Source: Methanoregula sp. (GTDB lineage: Archaea; Halobacteriota; Methanomicrobia; Methanomicrobiales; Methanospirillaceae). From it: DNA of 64,000 nucleotides. The stretch is taken from assembly GCA_039698055.1 (NCBI GenBank), contig JBDKTL010000030.1:1-64000 (forward strand). Reading direction: 5' to 3'. The notes under the pieces are model-generated. The model was given only the letters and a program-made list of their open reading frames with translations. It made no database searches and was not told the DNA's origin. Position numbers and translations under genes: made by a program. Shown here in pieces: positions 59,152 to 64,000 of the stretch; within the stretch, counting starts at the first letter, position 1, and every line of letters begins with the position of its first letter.

Positions 59152-59736
59152 TTACCCGCCCATTCCCGTAATCAATCCGACAATCTGCTGAGCTATCACC
59201 GGGTCCAGGACCTGAGCCAGCACCAGCCCGGCCATCGAAATGAAGAAGGTCCAGAAGACTTTCTTCACCTGCTCGTTCTTCCCGAACGCCTCGATCGCGG
59301 CGTCCGTGTCCGCCTTCATGGCTTGCTGGATAAGCTTCGGCAGGAACACGAAGAGCGGCAGGAAAAGAACCGCAGCCCCGATGAACGCGAGCGTGATTTC
59401 TGCCCGGCCCGCCATATAGATCCCGACCGGGACTGCAAACACCCCGGCCAGGATCGCGGCCATCCCGACCTCGCCGAACCAGAAGTAATGCCGCTTTTCA
59501 GCGTAGTTCAATCGCTCTGCATCCGTGAGTGAGGAGAGATCGAAGATGCCGATGGTGTTCAGCATCCCGTACCAGACTGCGTGCGTCTCCTCCGGGTCGG
59601 CAACGATGCCGAGGAAGAGGATTGCGACCGGCACCATGAGCAGGATGGGCGGCAGGTGCGCGAAGAGAAAAATGAGCGCGAGCAGGAGCCCGGTACCGCA
59701 GATGGCGGCCCGGGTCTGCACCTCGTTCTCAAACAT
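59152..59736 (-). CDS. Uncharacterised multi-pass membrane protein
   Basis: About five hydrophobic helices, a GGAGG RBS, and an overlap with the upstream gene's stop. Confidence 0.75.
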   Translation of the reverse strand: MFENEVQTRAAICGTGLLLALIFLFAHLPPILLMVPVAILFLGIVADPEETHAVWYGMLNTIGIFDLSSLTDAERLNYAEKRHYFWFGEVGMAAILAGVFAVPVGIYMAGRAEITLAFIGAAVLFLPLFVFLPKLIQQAMKADTDAAIEAFGKNEQVKKVFWTFFISMAGLVLAQVLDPVIAQQIVGLITGMGG

Positions 59737-60202
59737 CGCGGTCCTCCGCGATCCTGATCTCAAAGACCGGGCTGGTATATCCACCATTTGCCGGGCTGAA
59801 GTCCCGGACCCGGCCCATCTGCGCAAACTTGCGCCGGCCCGTGCGGATCTGGACTGTATGAATGCCCGGGGCCCGGGGGAACACCCGCCGCCCGTCCACA
59901 TCCCGCATGTCCATATACGGCGGGATGTCGAACCAGTCCGGCCAGAACCGGACCCCTCGCGGGATATCCGTTCCCCGGTACAGATCCTGCAAGCGCAGGG
60001 GCGACATGTTGTCGTAGATCACATCGATGATCAGGTTCTCATCATCCTGCTCCGGATGCAGGTCCAGCTCATAGAAAATCGGATTGCGCCGCACCTCGTC
60101 GCGGGTGAGCGGTTTATCCGGTGTGAGCGGTTCAAGACCGCCAAACTTTCCGCGATACAGGCCGGTCACTGTTGCGACCGGCTGCACGTTCTCATAAACC
60201 AT
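59729..60202 (-). CDS. Uncharacterised protein (MVYENVQP...)
   Basis: GGAG RBS, translationally coupled within the operon. Confidence 0.75.
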   Translation of the reverse strand: MVYENVQPVATVTGLYRGKFGGLEPLTPDKPLTRDEVRRNPIFYELDLHPEQDDENLIIDVIYDNMSPLRLQDLYRGTDIPRGVRFWPDWFDIPPYMDMRDVDGRRVFPRAPGIHTVQIRTGRRKFAQMGRVRDFSPANGGYTSPVFEIRIAEDRDV

Positions 60203-60356
60203 GATACTCCTCCTTGTAGCATTCGTGCTCGTCCCGGAGTTTCTTGAACTCCTCGACAATCTCATCATATTTGCCGATCTTCTGGTAGATGGCAAACAAC
60301 ATGGGATAGAGCGGAAGCACAGTTGCAAGCACTATCCCTAAAACTTCAATTTCCAT
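60192..60356 (-). CDS. Small single-TM plus coiled-coil protein
   Basis: GGAGG RBS, N-terminal hydrophobic helix and charged tail. Confidence 0.65.
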   Translation of the reverse strand: MEIEVLGIVLATVLPLYPMLFAIYQKIGKYDEIVEEFKKLRDEHECYKEEYHGL

Positions 60357-60387
60357 GGCGGTCCTCCGCAAAAGTGACGAGAGGACC

Positions 60388-60420
60388 AAAAAGAGAGGGG
60401 ACCGGAGGTCTCCTCCCCTC
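60388..60420 (-). terminator. Stem-loop plus U-tract between the first and second genes of the 60947-59152 operon
   Basis: The minus strand reads GAGGGGAGGAGACCTCCGGTCCCCCTC-TCTTTTT. Confidence 0.5.
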
Positions 60421-60443
60421 CGGGTCGTTTCGTCAAAACGGTT

Positions 60444-60947
60444 CTAGGCGAGAGCTGCCACAGTGTCCGCCCAGGTCTCCACATTCGTCCGGATTGCGTC
60501 ATCCGAGTACGAAGTGATGGTGACCCGGTCGCGGCTGAAGTTCACCATGTAGATCTCACCGTTCGCGTCATGGCACCGCAGGGAGGCGCTGAATGCATCC
60601 TTCCCGAGATCGTGGACCACGGACCCGCCGTGAGCCGTGCTGACCGCAGCGGCAGCGAGCAGTGCAGTCACACCCGCATTGAACTTTGCCAGGGTGTCGA
60701 ATTTGTGGCTGCCCGTGCCAACGGTCTTGGCATCGGTGTCCTGATAGACGAGTTTCGCGGTGTATGCCTCCTTGGTCTTCTCGACCGGGGGGTGGCTCTG
60801 ACCTGCAGTCATATACGCTACACACTCAAAGGGATTGTCGGTGATGACCGACTGGACGATCGTGTTGAACGTCGCAACATCCACGATGGGTTCTGCAAGG
60901 GTGCGGGTCGCACTCTTGACATTTGCACTCTGTACGAAATCTGCCAT
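60444..60947 (-). CDS. Uncharacterised Ala/Thr/Val-rich protein (MADFVQSANVKS...)
   Basis: GGAGTGA RBS, strong codon bias, first gene of the operon. Confidence 0.8.
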   Translation of the reverse strand: MADFVQSANVKSATRTLAEPIVDVATFNTIVQSVITDNPFECVAYMTAGQSHPPVEKTKEAYTAKLVYQDTDAKTVGTGSHKFDTLAKFNAGVTALLAAAAVSTAHGGSVVHDLGKDAFSASLRCHDANGEIYMVNFSRDRVTITSYSDDAIRTNVETWADTVAALA

Positions 60948-61066
60948 TCTTCACTCCCGCCCTTGGGCCCTTGGGCTGAATAATACTCTATAGGACGGGG
61001 GGCTTAGGTTTTACTGAAGGGAAGGAGAAAGGAAACCTCAAGGCAATTTAGCCACATAATTGAATT

Positions 61067-61954
61067 GTGACAGAAATCATCAAAATGCAACATTACGTTC
61101 CAAGAGTATACCTGAGAAATTTTTCCTTTGACCAAAAATCAAACGATTATGCTATTTATTGTTTTGATAAAACCAATTCGAAGGCATTCCCCGTAAACAT
61201 TTCAAATATTGCGTGTGAACGTTTCTTTTACGATATTGAAAACGACGAAGATCAGACCATCGAAAAATTACTCTGTAAATACGAAGGGGCGTATGCGGGA
61301 GTGTATAACAAGATTATCGAAAACTGGAATCTGAATTGTTTAAACAGCGATGAGAGGACAATTCTGGCATTCTTTTTCTCAATCCAATATCTCCGGACGA
61401 AAGAACAACGGATCTCCTATCGTGACGTATTCAACTGTGTGAAAGACCGGTTAACCCAACAGTGTTCGAGCGAGTCGCTCAAAGAGGACCTTGAGGCATG
61501 CGGTCAGGAATCGGTATTGAAAGAAGGACATCTAACTGTTTTTATGAAGGCCGTTCCGGAAATGGCGCAAAAATTGCTCACAATGAAATGGACATTATGT
61601 AAAAATACAACAACGATGCCGTTCTGGGCTTCGGATAACCCGATTGTGATGGATAACCATGCAGAAAATAAGTACGATCGCTATCTGGGGTATGCCTGCC
61701 CGGGAATAGAGATGTACCTTCCCTTAAATCCACAATATTGCCTCGCAATTTTTGATTCTGCGAAATATCATGTGCTGCCGGGCATCATGGAAACAAAAAG
61801 CATCGAGAATGTAATTTACAACAATTGTCTGCAACTCATGAACTCCACACGGTTCATTTTCTCAAATACCGAAGACTTTTCCTATGCCGAGAAATTCCTG
61901 GAGAAAAAACCTGAATACAAAAGTGTTGATCGGCAGAGGATCTTTCCTCCGTGA
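61067..61954 (+). CDS. DUF4238 domain protein
   Basis: QHYVPRVYLRNF, FY, Q..RT, F..SDNP and YLPL.P. AT-rich. Confidence 0.8.
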   Translation: MTEIIKMQHYVPRVYLRNFSFDQKSNDYAIYCFDKTNSKAFPVNISNIACERFFYDIENDEDQTIEKLLCKYEGAYAGVYNKIIENWNLNCLNSDERTILAFFFSIQYLRTKEQRISYRDVFNCVKDRLTQQCSSESLKEDLEACGQESVLKEGHLTVFMKAVPEMAQKLLTMKWTLCKNTTTMPFWASDNPIVMDNHAENKYDRYLGYACPGIEMYLPLNPQYCLAIFDSAKYHVLPGIMETKSIENVIYNNCLQLMNSTRFIFSNTEDFSYAEKFLEKKPEYKSVDRQRIFPP

Positions 61955-62443
61955 TACCCCTTACAGAGCATCCTCTTCATTTCGGATCTGGTCCTCGATG
62001 AACTTGCGGATCTCCTCTTTTCCCGGGAGCCCAAGCTGATACTTGGAGACAAACAACTGGTTGTCCATACTTCTTCGTCCGCAGGTGATTCACTCATACA
62101 ATCTCCAAAAACTCTGAGTATTATTAAAGACAGTGTATCGCAATTCGAATCAAATAATTTTGCGTAAACCATTATTATTTAGAGGATATCTCCTCCGTAT
62201 GTCTCCAATTGGGAAGACCGGGGAAGGTACTCATTACATTTTAAAAGGGCGCCAAATGGGCTAAAGAGGCACAGAAGGAGTATCATTGAGGTACCACCCA
62301 TACAGCCCCTATCCCGGCAACCGCCATCTCGAATCGTTCCGGCCCATCCCCGAAATAGAACCGTGCCGGTGAAAATATCGGTCCTGACTCATCCCCCTGA
62401 TAAGGGCCTAAAAAAGGAGAGAAAAAGTTATAACAATAAGATA

Positions 62444-64000
62444 TTATTTGGGAAGTAAGACATTAATTTTTTGAAATAATGCAGCCGCCCTATCGATTGT
62501 GGCAACGTCGATTTTTTTGAGAAGATCGGATTGCTCATTCAGCAGAAAAACCGCTGGTAGATAATGATTGAAATGGCCTCCCGAAATAGCTTGGAGTTTG
62601 AAGTATTCCTCGATTCTCTTGACAATCCGGGGATTTTGGTTTGTAAAGGATTTGAGGGTTAATTTTTGAGATAATTCTTTAGGGTAAGCACCATTAACTA
62701 AATTCAAATAAAACTGGGGTTCGAATAAATCTTCAATATCGGCATCTTTTGCCCCGGTTATCTCACCGATATTGATCAGATTTTTATTACCGAGGAAATG
62801 GTTCCCCTTTAAATTTTTTATCCGCTGTTTATCTCGTTCTGAAATATCTATCAAAACGGCGATGTTCAATTCATTCGCTCCCAGTAATGATACGAATGTT
62901 GAAACCTTATCTGCCCCACCAACGGGGGTCACTACCCAGCGGGGATCCAGACCATTTTTCCCATGGCTGATTACAGCCTCACTTAAAATCTTCAGATAAA
63001 TCAAATCTGATGGGCCTTCTACGAGAAGACAATTGGGACCAATAAACAAAGTTTGGGCAAGATCATATCCAAGTGCCGCCTGAAGAGGGAATATTGTATC
63101 TTGATCATTTCGTAATATATCCTCACTAATTTTTGTTCCTTTTTCATCCACATCTTGAACAGTCCTGACGCTGGTCAATGCATTTGGATCGATCATGAAC
63201 GGTGAATGGGTTGTATATATCACCTGATGTTTCGGGGCAAGACGTTCATCGATAAACCTGAGAAAGTCCCCTTGAGCTTTTGCATGCAGATTTAATCCAG
63301 GTTCATCTAGCAAAAGGATCAAATCTGCGTCACTTCGCTCGATTTGGGAGAAATATGCAAAGAATGAGAAAAACCAGATAAATCCCCGTGATCTTTCATC
63401 AAAAGGCACAGTAACCCGGTGACGGTTGTTCTTAATTCTTACGTGGAGGATAGGACCATTATTCAACGGGGGCGGATCGTTTGGATTTGCCTGGGAGATA
63501 TCGAACTCCACTTCAAGCTGTTTGTTCTGAGTCCAGTATTCAAATACCTGATCGGAGATACTGATTGATGCGGCTTCTAATTCCGCTTTCAGACGTTCAT
63601 AATTTGTTACACTCTCAAAATCCTCAAGTTTGTTATCAGAAAGTGATAACAGCGCTAAGAAGGTCCGATCTGCTTCATCAGTTTGATTTTGATCTCGCCG
63701 CGTTTTGAGGAAAGGAATTGAAATACGTCCTTTCATTGTGCAATAATCATCAAAATACACAAATTTTGGAATAAATTTTGTGAGAAATTCATTGATAATA
63801 TACTCATTCAGCCCTTTTGGAAATCGGGAATTAACTGTGGTCAAAAGAGTATTGGCCACGACTTGGCTTTCTTTATTCTTTTCAAGGAGTTCTTTAAATT
63901 CGTCGAGTGTCTCAATATTCGTAGCCTGTTTTTTTACGTCGTCCAACAATTCAGATGTGATTAGCATATGCTGGACTGCTGTCTTCTCATCTGTTTGTAA
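62444..64000 (-). CDS. OLD-family ATP-dependent nuclease (ABC-ATPase plus TOPRIM), 5' end outside the window
   Basis: RSRGF signature, Walker B LLLDEPGLNLH, TTHSPF, TOPRIM VEGPSD, DISE and IEDLF. The frame is open to the window edge. Confidence 0.88.
   Translation of the reverse strand, partial: LQTDEKTAVQHMLITSELLDDVKKQATNIETLDEFKELLEKNKESQVVANTLLTTVNSRFPKGLNEYIINEFLTKFIPKFVYFDDYCTMKGRISIPFLKTRRDQNQTDEADRTFLALLSLSDNKLEDFESVTNYERLKAELEAASISISDQVFEYWTQNKQLEVEFDISQANPNDPPPLNNGPILHVRIKNNRHRVTVPFDERSRGFIWFFSFFAYFSQIERSDADLILLLDEPGLNLHAKAQGDFLRFIDERLAPKHQVIYTTHSPFMIDPNALTSVRTVQDVDEKGTKISEDILRNDQDTIFPLQAALGYDLAQTLFIGPNCLLVEGPSDLIYLKILSEAVISHGKNGLDPRWVVTPVGGADKVSTFVSLLGANELNIAVLIDISERDKQRIKNLKGNHFLGNKNLINIGEITGAKDADIEDLFEPQFYLNLVNGAYPKELSQKLTLKSFTNQNPRIVKRIEEYFKLQAISGGHFNHYLPAVFLLNEQSDLLKKIDVATIDRAAALFQKINVLLPK

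Noticed and set aside
60952-60975. CCCGCCCTTGGGC match to the hairpin of repeat copy C
   Set aside because: Only 13 bp, it overlaps the RBS region of 60947, and the hairpin's second arm is absent, so it may be chance.
1-64000. CRISPR array, tRNA or rRNA genes
   Set aside because: No regularly spaced identical repeats and no cloverleaf or rRNA signature motifs were found by eye.

Overview
This is a chromosomal window from a methanogenic archaeon. Gene content and order (gatDE, rpl10e, DUF2193/DUF2180/AqpM, PAS hybrid kinases, PKD proteins) point to Methanomicrobiales, probably Methanoregula-like, which is an inference. Positions 1-33 kb are mostly core genome: recQ, a YkgJ pair, a PKD surface protein, a hybrid kinase, the fumAB-korDABC-sucCD partial reductive TCA operon, rpl10e, an ABC transporter, argH-gatD-gatE, dph6 and DUF2070, followed by an N-terminally truncated TnpB-like RuvC protein. 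From about 34.6 kb the window is accessory or mobile. The most striking signal is a family of GC-rich, hairpin-rich non-coding modules sharing a GAACATGAC-n-GCGTC core. It occurs at least six times (about 34.7, 37.6, 38.3, 40.7-41.4, 56.5 and 58.3 kb). It brackets an AT-rich triplet of TatD-associated-type radical SAM paralogs, a translationally coupled ardC/DUF6876 leading-region-type operon, and a thi4-thiN pair that sits inside a split copy. This looks like an undescribed archaeal repeat-bounded gene-cassette or ssDNA-transfer system (hypothesis). Also present are a redox/Fe-S gene cluster, a run of tiny Cys-rich ORFs, a His-less pseudokinase, an uncharacterised four-gene operon, and DUF4238 plus an OLD-family nuclease at the right edge. 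No CRISPR array, tRNA or rRNA was seen. All family calls come from motif recognition by eye, with no database search.
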